From assembly GCA_036257465.1 (NCBI GenBank), contig DATAFO010000036.1, positions 13,189 through 77,188 on the forward strand: a stretch of DNA of 64,000 bases. Reading direction: 5' to 3'. Shown here piece by piece: positions 49,253 through 57,817 of the stretch (positions are counted from its first letter, which is position 1; the number at the start of each line of letters is the position of its first letter). The notes beneath the pieces were generated by a model that saw only the letters and a list, made by a program, of their open reading frames with translations, was not told the DNA's origin and ran no database searches. A program made the position numbers and the translations under genes. Source of the stretch: Solirubrobacterales bacterium (lineage in GTDB: Bacteria > Actinomycetota > Thermoleophilia > Solirubrobacterales > 70-9).

Positions 49253-51930
49253 GGGTCTCCGTCGACGGCACGGGCGTCGAGGTCGCCCCAGGGTCTCGGC
49301 TCCTGGATGCTGCGCGGGCAGCGGGCGTCGAGGTCCCGTCGCTGTGCGCAGATCCCAGGCTCGCGCCCTACGGCTCCTGCCGCACCTGCATGGTCGGGCT
49401 CGAGGGCGCGGATGACCCCGTCCCCGCGTGCACGAGCCCCGCGGCTGATGGCGCCGTGGTCCGCACCGACGATCCCACGGCCCAGGCGACGGCCCGTGTA
49501 GCGCTCGAGCTGATCGTCGGCAGCCTGCCAGCGAGCGCGCTCGAGCTGCCGGAGGAACGCAGCGAGTTCGTTCGGGCCTGCCGGAAGCTGGGAGTCTCCA
49601 GCTCCCGCTTCGGAGGCCCTCTCCGCGATGAGGGACGTGACGACTCGCACCCCTACGTCAAGTACGACCCGTCCCTGTGCATCGCCTGCGCCCGCTGCGT
49701 GCGCATGTGCGACGAGGTCCAGGGCACCTTCGCGCTGGCGATGGTCGGGCGCGGAGTCGAGACCGTGATGGCGCCCGGCTCGGGCGGCAGCTGGGACGAG
49801 TCCGATTGCGTCGCCTGCGGCGCGTGCGTGGACAGCTGCCCGACCGGGTCGCTTTCGGAGCCGGGCCTGCTCGACCTGCGGCCGGTCGAGCGCACGACGA
49901 CGACGACATGCGGCTATTGCGGGGTCGGGTGCTCGCTCGATGTCCACACCCGTGACGGAGAGGTGGCAGCGATCACTCCGACCCGCGAGGGGGCGGTGAA
50001 CCGCGGTCATGCGTGCGTCAAGGGACGGTTCGCACACGGCTTCATCCGCTCGCCGGATCGGCTCACGCGGCCGCTGATCCGGCGCGACGGGGAGCTGGTC
50101 GAGTCAACTTGGGAGGAGGCGATCGCGCTCGCCGGGTCCGAGCTCGAACGGATCAGATCCGAGCATGGCCCGGATGCGATCGCAGCGATCTCCTCAGCCC
50201 GCGCCACCAACGAGGAGAACTACCTGATGCAGAAGCTGATGCGGGTGGCGATCGGAACCAACAACGTCGACAATTGCGCTCGCATCTGCCACGCGCCGTC
50301 GGCCGCCGGGCTCTCCCTGGCGTTCGGGCTCGCCGGCGGCACCAACCCGTTCGAGGACTTCGACCGCGCGGACGTCTTCCTGCTCTGCGGCGCGAACCCG
50401 ACCGAGGCTCACCCGGTCGTCGGCGCCCGGATCAAGCAGCGTGTGATCCGGGGCGCGGGACTGGTCGTCGTCGACCCACGGCGGACCGAGCTTGCGGCTT
50501 ACGCCGACATCCACCTCCGGCCGCGCCCCGGGACAAACGTCGCCGTCTTCAACGGCCTCGCGGGCGTCCTGATGACCGAGGGCCTGGTCGACGGTGAGTT
50601 CCTCGGCGAGCGGGCCGAAGGCCTCGAGGCCCTTCGCGAGCTCCTCGACGACTACGCGCCCGAACGCGTCGAGGAGATCTCCGATGTCCCCGCGGACGAC
50701 CTGCGGCGAGCGGCCACGCTGTACGGACAAGGGCCGGCGCGGGCGCTGATCTGGGGGCTCGGCGTCACCGAGCACGCGCACGGGACCGACGGGGTGCGAA
50801 CCCTGTGCAACCTGGCGATCCTCACCGGCAGCGTCGGCAGCCCGGACGGCTGCGGGGCCAATCCGCTGCGCGGCCAGAACAACGTCCAGGGAGCGGCCGA
50901 CATGGGAGCCCTGCCCGACATGCTCCCCGGCTACCAGCGGGTGGCCGACGAGGCGGTTGCGGAGCGCTTCGAGACTGCGTGGGGGGTGCCGATCGGGCGC
51001 GAGCGCGGACTGCGGATCCCGGAGATGTTCGACGCGGCCGTCGGGGGCCGACTCAAGGGGCTGATCGTCTTCGGCGAGGACATCGCCCAAACGGACCCGG
51101 ACTCAGGGCACGTGCGCGCCGCGCTCGACGCGTGCGAGCTCGTCATTTCGCAGGAGATCTTCCTCTCGGAGACGGCCGCGCTTGCCGACGTCGTGCTTCC
51201 GGCGGCCGCGTTCCTGGAGAAGGAGGGCACGTTCACGAACTTCGACCGTCGCGTGCAGCGTGTTCGTCCGGCCCTCGATCCGCCCGGTGAGGCGCGGCCG
51301 GACTTCGAGATCATCGGCGCCCTCGCCACTGCCCTTGGGGCCGACCTCGGTTGCCGGACCCCGGCGGACGCCTACGGCGAGATGGCGTCGGTGACTCCGA
51401 CCTTCGCCGGGATCTCGCACAAGCGCCTGGATCGCGACGGCCCGATCGCCTGGCCGTGCCGGTCCGCGGACGACCCCGGTGAGCGCAGGCTGTATCGCGA
51501 GCGCTTCGAGACGCCGAGCGGCAAGGCCCAGCTGGCCGCGATCCCGTACGCGTCGCCCGGCGAGGAGCCTGACTCGGAGTTCCCCCTGCTGCTCGTCACC
51601 GGTCGGAGGCTCGAGCACTACAACGCCGGCACGATGACCAGGCGCACCGGGAATCTGGAACTCGTCGCCGAGGAGCTGCTCGAGCTCAATCCCGACGATG
51701 CCGCCAACATCGGGGTGGCCGACCGTGAGCGCGTGATCGTGGCCAGCCGGCGAGGCGAGGTTGAGCTCACCGCCGAGGTGACGGACAGGGTCTCGCCCGG
51801 GCAGGCCTTCATGGGCTTTCACTTCCCCGAGGCGCTTGCCAACCGCCTCACCTCCCAGCACGGCGACGAGGCCACCAGCTGTCCGGAGTACAAGGTCACC
51901 GCGGTTCGGGTGGGAAAGGCGGCGGCGTGA
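49249..51930 (+). CDS. fdhA: formate dehydrogenase catalytic (alpha) subunit, molybdopterin type, Cys (not Sec) active site
   Basis: ATGA overlap with the upstream gene. It has an N-terminal 2Fe-2S (CRTCMV), 4Fe-4S clusters (CIACARCVRMC, CVACGACVDSC), a Mo-bisPGD domain starting TTCGYCGVGC, and NVDNCARICHAPSAAGL, where E. coli FdhF carries Sec. Confidence 0.9.
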   Translation: MRVSVDGTGVEVAPGSRLLDAARAAGVEVPSLCADPRLAPYGSCRTCMVGLEGADDPVPACTSPAADGAVVRTDDPTAQATARVALELIVGSLPASALELPEERSEFVRACRKLGVSSSRFGGPLRDEGRDDSHPYVKYDPSLCIACARCVRMCDEVQGTFALAMVGRGVETVMAPGSGGSWDESDCVACGACVDSCPTGSLSEPGLLDLRPVERTTTTTCGYCGVGCSLDVHTRDGEVAAITPTREGAVNRGHACVKGRFAHGFIRSPDRLTRPLIRRDGELVESTWEEAIALAGSELERIRSEHGPDAIAAISSARATNEENYLMQKLMRVAIGTNNVDNCARICHAPSAAGLSLAFGLAGGTNPFEDFDRADVFLLCGANPTEAHPVVGARIKQRVIRGAGLVVVDPRRTELAAYADIHLRPRPGTNVAVFNGLAGVLMTEGLVDGEFLGERAEGLEALRELLDDYAPERVEEISDVPADDLRRAATLYGQGPARALIWGLGVTEHAHGTDGVRTLCNLAILTGSVGSPDGCGANPLRGQNNVQGAADMGALPDMLPGYQRVADEAVAERFETAWGVPIGRERGLRIPEMFDAAVGGRLKGLIVFGEDIAQTDPDSGHVRAALDACELVISQEIFLSETAALADVVLPAAAFLEKEGTFTNFDRRVQRVRPALDPPGEARPDFEIIGALATALGADLGCRTPADAYGEMASVTPTFAGISHKRLDRDGPIAWPCRSADDPGERRLYRERFETPSGKAQLAAIPYASPGEEPDSEFPLLLVTGRRLEHYNAGTMTRRTGNLELVAEELLELNPDDAANIGVADRERVIVASRRGEVELTAEVTDRVSPGQAFMGFHFPEALANRLTSQHGDEATSCPEYKVTAVRVGKAAA

Positions 51931-51964
51931 GCCTCGCGTCGCGGCGACGGGCCCGCTTGACCGA

Positions 51965-52381
51965 ATGGACTCAGGAGAGCTCGCATGGCTGATCGCGCCG
52001 GGGCTTGCGACTGGCGTCGGCGGGCTCGCGCTGTTGTTGTTGCGCCGCCCGACCGAGCGCGGCCTCGGCACTGACGATCCACGGGGCTTCGCGGCTGCGG
52101 CTCCGTTGGTCGAGGCCCGCGCGAGCCGGCGCAGCGCCGCCTGGGTTGCCGCGCTGCCGCGGGCCGTTGAGCCGCCCGCAGCGCTGCTGGCTTTCGCCTC
52201 CTTCGAGCTCGCGGAGTCGCTGCTACCGGTCGGCCTCGCGTTCGCGGCGGGCGCGATGCTCTACGTGATCGTCGACGAGCCTGCCCCCGAGAGCCACGGG
52301 CACGGCCACGAGCGCGACGCCTGGCTGGCGCTGGTCGGTGGCTTCGCCCTGATGATGGCGCTGGACAACGCCTTCGGCTAG
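51965..52381 (+). pseudogene. ZIP-family metal transporter remnant (central part deleted)
   Basis: The N-terminal helix LIAPGLATGVGGLALLLLRR and the C-terminal GLAFAAGAMLYVIVDE.APESHGHGHER...LVGGFALMMALD match ZupT-like proteins. Only 138 aa remain of about 250, and the HNxPEG region is absent. Confidence 0.5.
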
Positions 52382-52412
52382 GCGCCGATCCGGGCAGTAC
52401 AACTCCGAGACG

Positions 52413-53327
52413 ATGAGCGAGCCAGGGCTGCGCTCGGAGCTCGACCCGGTGGCCGGTGACGATCGGGTAATCGCCCCTTCGCCGACGGGGTTCGACGCGC
52501 TGATGCCGCCGCAGATAGCGAAGAAGGCGTCGGACGTCGGCCTCGGCAAGGCTCAGATGTCCACGCTCCGGGTCTTCGTGCTCGCCATTCTCGCCGGCGC
52601 GTTCATCGGACTCGGCGCGATGTTCGCGACCGTTGCCGTCGCGGGCGCCTCTGACGTGGTTCCGTTCGGGGTCACGCGGGTCCTCGCCGGGCTGGTCTTC
52701 TGTCTCGGGCTGGTCCTAGTGGTGGTCGCTGGCGCCGAGCTGTTCACCGGCAACAACCTGATCTCGATCGCCTGGGCCGAGCGCAAGGTCAGGACCGGGG
52801 CCGTCCTTCGCAACTGGGCGATCGTCTACGCGGGCAACCTGCTCGGCGCCCTGGCCACAGTGCTGCTCGTCTTCGCGGGCGGGCAGTACGAGTTCGGCGA
52901 CGGCGCCGTGGGGTCGAGCGCCCTCGCGATCGCGGAGACGAAATCCACTCTCGGCTTCGGCCAGGCCGTGGCGCTGGGGGTGATGTGCAATGCACTTGTC
53001 TGTATGGCGATCTGGCTCACTTACAGCGCCCGCTCTGTTACCGACAAGATCCTCGCGATCATCTTCCCGATCAGCGCGTTTGTGGCCGCCGGCTTCGAGC
53101 ACAGCGTGGCGAACATGTTCTTCCTGCCGATGGGGGTGCTGATCCGCGAGCAGGGCTCGGACGAGTTCTTTGCCTCGAGCGGCACCGCCCCCTCGGACTA
53201 CCCGGACGTCAGCTGGGCGAATGCGATCGTCGACAACCTGCTGCCCGTGACGATCGGAAACGTGATCGGGGGCGCCGTGATGGTCGGCTTGGTCTACTGG
53301 CTGGTCTACGTCCGCGCGGAGCGCTGA
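52413..53327 (+). CDS. focA: formate/nitrite transporter (FNT) family channel
   Basis: AILAGAFIGLGA, VVVAGAELFTGN, GVMCNALVCMAIW, and AAGFEHSVANMFF (the FNT signature with the central His). Formate specificity is inferred only from the adjacent FDH. Confidence 0.85.
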   Translation: MSEPGLRSELDPVAGDDRVIAPSPTGFDALMPPQIAKKASDVGLGKAQMSTLRVFVLAILAGAFIGLGAMFATVAVAGASDVVPFGVTRVLAGLVFCLGLVLVVVAGAELFTGNNLISIAWAERKVRTGAVLRNWAIVYAGNLLGALATVLLVFAGGQYEFGDGAVGSSALAIAETKSTLGFGQAVALGVMCNALVCMAIWLTYSARSVTDKILAIIFPISAFVAAGFEHSVANMFFLPMGVLIREQGSDEFFASSGTAPSDYPDVSWANAIVDNLLPVTIGNVIGGAVMVGLVYWLVYVRAER

Positions 53328-53348
53328 CTGCGGGGCGCCCCGTCATCC

Positions 53349-54764
53349 TCAGCCGCGGATCGAGGGCATGCCCTCGATCAGCCGCAGGTACTGGACGAGA
53401 TGCCGGCTGCCGAGAAACCGCTCGGTGATCCGCTGGCGGGCGGCGGCACCGATCCTCGCGGCGCGATCCGGATCGCCCAGCAGCTCGGTGCACGCCCTGC
53501 CAAATGCCTCGAGGTCCTCCGGGTCGTCGAGGAGCACGCCGGTCTGACCGTCGGTGATCATGTCCTGAATCGCGCCGCGCCGGCTCGCGATCACGGGCCG
53601 CGCCTTCCACATCGCCTCGGCAACGGTGAGGCCAAAGCCCTCCGCAAGACTCTTCTGGACGACCACCTGCGCCCGTCGCTGGATCGCGTTCACCATCGCG
53701 GCGTTCTCGGAGATGTCGTCCATCGGCAGGCAGGCGAGGTGCACTCGCTCGCGGGCGGGCGCCGGCAGCGCCGCCCATCGCTTGCGGACCTCGGTGAGGA
53801 CCGCCGCCCCCTCGGGATCGTCCGATACCGCCTCCACGGCGGGCCCCGCGAGGACCAGGTGCGCCGAGTCGGGGCCGTGGCCGACGAACCCCCTCAGAAC
53901 CCCGATCGGGTCCTTGAGCGCGTCCCAGCGCGACACCTGGACAACGGCGTTCACGTCGCCCGGTAGCGGGGCTTGCTGGTCGATTACGGCACGCCGGTCG
54001 ACCCGTCCTGGGCTCCCGTCGACACGCCTGTAGGCGGGCGTCGCGTCATCCGGCGACGAGAGCCCGATTACCCCGAGGATCGCTGTCACCGCCTCCGGTG
54101 TGAGGTCCTGGTTCTTGGGCGAGAAGGCGTCGATCGAGGGCGGGACGATCCACACGTGCTCCGGGTCGAGGCCCGCCCAGACGAACTCGCGCCGCGAGAA
54201 GACGTAGGCGTCGGCGGGCTGTACGTAGGGGCGGAGGAAGTCCCACGCGCCCCGAGCGATGTCGTTGGGGAGATCCATCCCGACGTGACAGCGCCACAGC
54301 ACCGTCGCGCCGACGCCGAGCATGGGTGAGACGAGGCCGGCCGTCTGCGGGTCGTGGCAGAAGACGAGGTCGCCGGCGCGCACCGTGGGCGCGAGCTCGC
54401 GCGCGTTTGCCTCCAGCGTTTCCTCGTAGTGGGCTCGCTCCGCGTCACCGAGCTCGCCGCCATCCCCCGGCCACCCGTGCAGGCGGTTGTGGATCCGCTT
54501 CGTGATCGCGAAGAAGTCGGCGTCGCCGTTGATCACCGACCACCGTGCGTCCACGCCGGCGCCGCGTGCGTAGGCCAGCAGCGACTGCAGCAGTTCCGCC
54601 ACGCCCCCGCCGTGGGCGGTCGAGTTCAGGTGCCAGACCGCGCGGCCGCCGAGCACCTCGCCGGCTCGGTCGACCGCAGCCGCGACCTCCTCGTAGCGCT
54701 CTCCGAGGAGGTCGCGAAACCGCTCCGGCGGCAGCGGCGAGATCGGGACGTGAGTGATGGCCAA
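53349..54764 (-). CDS. treT: GT4 glycosyltransferase, TreT-like trehalose synthase
   Basis: HLNSTAHGGGVAELLQSLLAYARGAGVDARW and FFAITKRIHNRLHG match the TreT N-domain as I remember it. The C-terminal GT-B motif SLAEGFGLTVAEAMW is present. Confidence 0.7.
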   Translation of the reverse strand: MAITHVPISPLPPERFRDLLGERYEEVAAAVDRAGEVLGGRAVWHLNSTAHGGGVAELLQSLLAYARGAGVDARWSVINGDADFFAITKRIHNRLHGWPGDGGELGDAERAHYEETLEANARELAPTVRAGDLVFCHDPQTAGLVSPMLGVGATVLWRCHVGMDLPNDIARGAWDFLRPYVQPADAYVFSRREFVWAGLDPEHVWIVPPSIDAFSPKNQDLTPEAVTAILGVIGLSSPDDATPAYRRVDGSPGRVDRRAVIDQQAPLPGDVNAVVQVSRWDALKDPIGVLRGFVGHGPDSAHLVLAGPAVEAVSDDPEGAAVLTEVRKRWAALPAPARERVHLACLPMDDISENAAMVNAIQRRAQVVVQKSLAEGFGLTVAEAMWKARPVIASRRGAIQDMITDGQTGVLLDDPEDLEAFGRACTELLGDPDRAARIGAAARQRITERFLGSRHLVQYLRLIEGMPSIRG

Positions 54765-54808
54765 AGAAGGGTTCTACCGGGATCCCCGGCGTGACGAACT
54801 CCCCGCGC

Positions 54809-54842
54809 GCGTCTGTGCGCCCCCGTGGGCGTCAGTGCGCCC
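54809..54842. repeat. direct repeat gcgtcTgtgcgccc / gcgtcAgtgcgccc separated by 6 nt
   Basis: Read directly at 54809-54822 and 54829-54842, in the 216-nt divergent intergenic region between treT and the small TM gene. Confidence 0.6.
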
Positions 54843-54859
54843 GGCCGCCCGAGCCGTGG

Positions 54860-54883
54860 TAGGGGGTCACTAGGGGGTCACTA
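54860..54883. repeat. perfect tandem repeat (tagggggtcac)x2 followed by ta
   Basis: Copies at 54860-54870 and 54871-54881 are identical. Same intergenic region. Confidence 0.7.
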
Positions 54884-54980
54884 CGGAGTGTCCTGCGTGG
54901 GATCCGCCGATGCCGTCGCGTTCGCCGCGACCTAGCGTCTGCGGCCCGATGTTCCGCCGTCGCCCGAGGGAGCAATCAAG

Positions 54981-55166
54981 ATGGGCCTCACCGATCGCCT
55001 CATGACCGGCGTCTGGCTGGCGGGCTTCGTCTATCTCGGCTTCTACGTCTACGAGCTAGTCGTCGGTGCCGGGACGGCGGGCGAGATGGCGGGCCTCACG
55101 GTGGTGGCGGGCATCGTCGTGGTGATGTACGCCGTTCACCTCGCTCGGGGTGCCGGCGCGACCTGA
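54981..55166 (+). CDS. small two-TM membrane protein, family copy 3
   Basis: MGLTDRLMTGVWLAGFVYLGFYVYELVVG...LTVVAGIVVVMYAVHLA aligns with copies 1 and 2 (DRL..T..WLA..YLGFYV). It lacks the charged RLRETRGF tail. Confidence 0.55.
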   Translation: MGLTDRLMTGVWLAGFVYLGFYVYELVVGAGTAGEMAGLTVVAGIVVVMYAVHLARGAGAT

Positions 55167-55192
55167 TTCGGCCCGGTTGACGAACATGGCGC

Positions 55193-55510
55193 TTGATCAC
55201 GATCGCCGTCGGCTACGACAGGCGGCCGGCTGCTCGGGACGCGCTGATCCTCGGAGAGCTCCGTGCCCGAACCACGAACCGCGGTCTCGTGGTTCGGGTG
55301 GAGCCGGGACTGAGCCAGGAGGAAGTCGACCTCTTGGTGATGGGGTCGCGCGGTCATGGGCCGCTCGGATCGGTGCTTCTGGGCAGCACCGCGACCGATG
55401 TCATCGCCGCGGCGCCGTGTCCGGTGGTCGTCGTTCCGCGGCCAGCCGCCGCCGGGGGCGGGCGGCCTAGCGCGCCGCAAGTCGATCCACGCCCTATCCT
55501 GCGCTGCGAC
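55193..55510 (+). pseudogene. USP-like domain with an internal deletion, reading in frame into the next gene
   Basis: ITIAVGYDRRPAARDAL (beta1-alpha1) jumps to VDLLVMGSRGHGPLGSVLLGSTATDVIAAAPCPVVVVPR. About 50 residues of a normal USP are missing. There is no stop before the DUF2090 ATG, and the start is TTG. Confidence 0.45.
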
Positions 55511-56425
55511 ATGGGCCTCGGCTACGACGGACAGCTCTACATCCTCGCCTTCGACCACCGCGGGTCGTTCATCAAGCGGTTTGGGATCGAGGGCGAGCCG
55601 AAGCCGGAAGACGTCAAACGCATCGCCGACGGCAAGCACCTGATCTTCGAGGGACTCGAGGTGGCGCTCGGGCGTGGCGCCGACCCGTCCGTGACGGGTG
55701 CCCTGGTGGACGAGCAGTTCGGCGGCCCGACGCAGGTTCCCGAGCAGGCCAAGGCGAGGGGGATCCGGCTTGCGATGCCGGTCGAAAAGAGCGGCCAGGA
55801 CGAATTCGACTTCGAGTACGGCGACGAGTTCGGCGACCACATCGAGCGCTACGACCCGGATTTCTCCAAGGTCCTCGTCCGTTACAACCCCGACGGCGAC
55901 GCGGACATGAACCGGCGGCAGGCGCAGCGACTGCGGCGCCTGTCCGACTGGCTGCACGAGCGCGATCGCAAGTTCCTCTTCGAGCTGCTGGTTCCGGCCG
56001 AGGAGTCGCAGCTGGAACAGGTCGACGGGGATTCCGACCGCTACGACGCCGAGCTGCGCCCGGAGCTGATGCGTCGGGCGATCGCCGAGCTTCAGGACGC
56101 CGGCGTGGAGCCTGACATCTGGAAGATCGAGGGCGTGGACACCCGCGCCGACTGCGAGCTGATCGCAGCCCAGTGCCGGGCCGGCGGTCGCGACGGAGTC
56201 GTCTGCGTCGTTCTCGGCCGCGGGGCGGACAACGACAAGGTCGATCACTGGCTGCGTCAAGGGGCGCCAACAGAGGGCTACGTCGGCTTTGCAATCGGCC
56301 GTTCGATCTGGGGCGACCCGCTCGCGGGGTTCATCGCCGGCGATCTGAGCCGTGAGGACGCCGCGGGTCAGGCTGCCGACAACTACCTGCGTTTCGTCGA
56401 GGTCTACGAGTCCGCTCGCTCCTAG
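55511..56425 (+). CDS. DUF2090 (IolC C-terminal-like / 2-deoxy-5-keto-gluconate-6-P aldolase-like) protein
   Basis: LYILAFDHRGSF, ALVDEQFG, VLVRYNPDGD, FLFELLVP, PDIWKIEG, and VGFAIGRSIW match the DUF2090 pattern seen fused to IolC kinases. Confidence 0.7.
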   Translation: MGLGYDGQLYILAFDHRGSFIKRFGIEGEPKPEDVKRIADGKHLIFEGLEVALGRGADPSVTGALVDEQFGGPTQVPEQAKARGIRLAMPVEKSGQDEFDFEYGDEFGDHIERYDPDFSKVLVRYNPDGDADMNRRQAQRLRRLSDWLHERDRKFLFELLVPAEESQLEQVDGDSDRYDAELRPELMRRAIAELQDAGVEPDIWKIEGVDTRADCELIAAQCRAGGRDGVVCVVLGRGADNDKVDHWLRQGAPTEGYVGFAIGRSIWGDPLAGFIAGDLSREDAAGQAADNYLRFVEVYESARS

Positions 56426-56602
56426 CGGGACGACCAGCGCGAGGACGCCGGTGAGCCGCTGGACTCCGTAGTGCCCGCGGACGAACTCCGGGGGGCGATG
56501 CGGATGGCCGAACAGGCGACCGGTGGGAGGGTGGGTGATGAGGCCGCGGTTCGACCGTCATGGTCGAACTCAGCGGGTGAACCGACCCAAAGGAGTGGAG
56601 CT

Positions 56603-56802
56603 ATGTCCGTGGCAAAGGTGATCGAGATCACGTCGTCCTCGAGCGAGAGCTTCGAGGACGCGATCGTCAAGGGCATCGAGAAGGCGTCCGAGACCGTGCG
56701 AGACATCCGGGGCGCCTGGGTGAAGGAGCAGATGGTCCGGTCGAGGGCGGCGAGATCGCCTAATACCGCACCGATCTGAAGGTCACCTTCGTGCTCGAGT
56801 GA
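56603..56802 (+). pseudogene. dodecin with a 1-nt deletion and an in-frame TAA
   Basis: The SD aaaggag precedes the ATG. MSVAKVIEITSSSSESFEDAIVKGIEKASETVRDIRGAWVKEQMVR is followed by a frame change (one g lost at 56738-56740). The shifted frame reads VEGGEIA*YRTDLKVTFVLE*, with TAA at 56761-56763 where Glu is expected. Confidence 0.7.
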
Positions 56803-57542
56803 CAAGCCCGGAGTTGGGCTGGCGAAGAGGGGCGGGTCGTCTACGAGAACATCCGCAAGTTCGTCACCTGCATCTTCGCCCACGCAACCCCCGAGGTGGT
56901 GCCGTTTCTGATCTTTGCCCTCTCCGGAGGTGCGGTGCCGCTGCCGCTGACGGCGCTGCAGATCCTGGCCATCGACCTCGGCACCGAGACACTGCCGGCC
57001 CTCGCGCTCGGCCGCGAGCCGGCTGAACCCGGAATCCTCGATCGCCCCCGCGCCCGCGCAAGTCCGGAATCATCGACCGCCCGATGCTGACCCGGGCGTG
57101 GCTCTGGCTCGGCTTGCTGGAGGCGGCCCTCGTAACGGGCGGCTTCTTCTTCGTGCTTGCCAACGCCGGCTGGTCGCCCGGAGACGAAACCGGTGCCGGG
57201 GCGCTTCTTCACGCCGATTACCTGGCGGCGACGACCATGACGTTCGCGGGGATCACTGCCTGTCAGGTCGGGACGGCCTTCGCGGCCCGGACATCACGGG
57301 CTTCCCTGCGCGAGATCGGCGTCTTCTCAAATCCCCTCCTGCTCTGGGGCATCCTCTTCGAGCTGGTGTTCGCCGCCGCGATCGTCTACGTCCCGCCGCT
57401 GCAGGACTTGTTCGCGACCGCTTCGCTCGGTGCCCCTGAGCTTGCGCTCCTGGCGACCTTCCCGTTCATCGTCTGGGGTTCCGATGAGCTACGGCGCTGG
57501 TGGCTTCGCCGCCGAGAGGAATCCGAGACGGGCCGCGGATAG
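56803..57542 (+). pseudogene. C-terminal third of a P-type (P2, Ca/Mg-type) ATPase; 5' two-thirds absent, plus a frameshift
   Basis: It begins immediately after the dodecin stop with [35 protein letters not shown]...[25 protein letters not shown] (TM5-6). It then reads [17 protein letters not shown] only if one C is added to the C5 run at 57045-57049. TM7-10 follow to the stop. There is no N-terminal, phosphorylation or nucleotide-binding domain. Confidence 0.75.
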
Positions 57543-57568
57543 CTCCGTAGTGGCCCCGGAGGAAGTTG

Positions 57569-57817
57569 GTGGGCCGCCGCGGATGGCATAGCACGGCCTC
57601 CGTGCCAGGCTCCGGGGCGATGCCTGTAAGCCGTTGCCCCCACTGCGGAGCCCGCAACCTCGCCATTACGAGCTGGGCGAACGTGGACGTCTGCGCCGAT
57701 TGCGGCCGGCCCCTGGCGACGCGTGATCTTCGAGAGATCGAAGCGGAGGTTCGTCAGCAGCTCTATGGGCGCGCCGATCGCTCCCCGCCCACGCGCACGA
57801 AGCCCGACAGTGAGTAG
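57569..57817 (+). CDS. small zinc-ribbon protein (hypothetical)
   Basis: CPHCGARN-x14-CADCGRP. ggagg sits 6 nt before GTG 57569, and ATG 57620 is an alternative start. It overlaps the next gene by 8 nt. Confidence 0.4.
   Translation: MGRRGWHSTASVPGSGAMPVSRCPHCGARNLAITSWANVDVCADCGRPLATRDLREIEAEVRQQLYGRADRSPPTRTKPDSE

Noticed and set aside
49249-51930. Possible selenocysteine (in-frame TGA) in the formate dehydrogenase catalytic subunit.
   Set aside because: The ORF is uninterrupted, and the active-site position reads Cys (NCARICHAPS). There is no TGA or SECIS-like context.
32862-56763. The two in-frame TAA codons (ALDH at 32862-32864, dodecin at 56761-56763) as evidence for stop-codon reassignment or programmed readthrough.
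   Set aside because: TAA, TGA and TAG all terminate other well-delimited genes in the window at the expected positions. The dodecin also carries a frameshift. Simple nonsense mutations or errors are more parsimonious.
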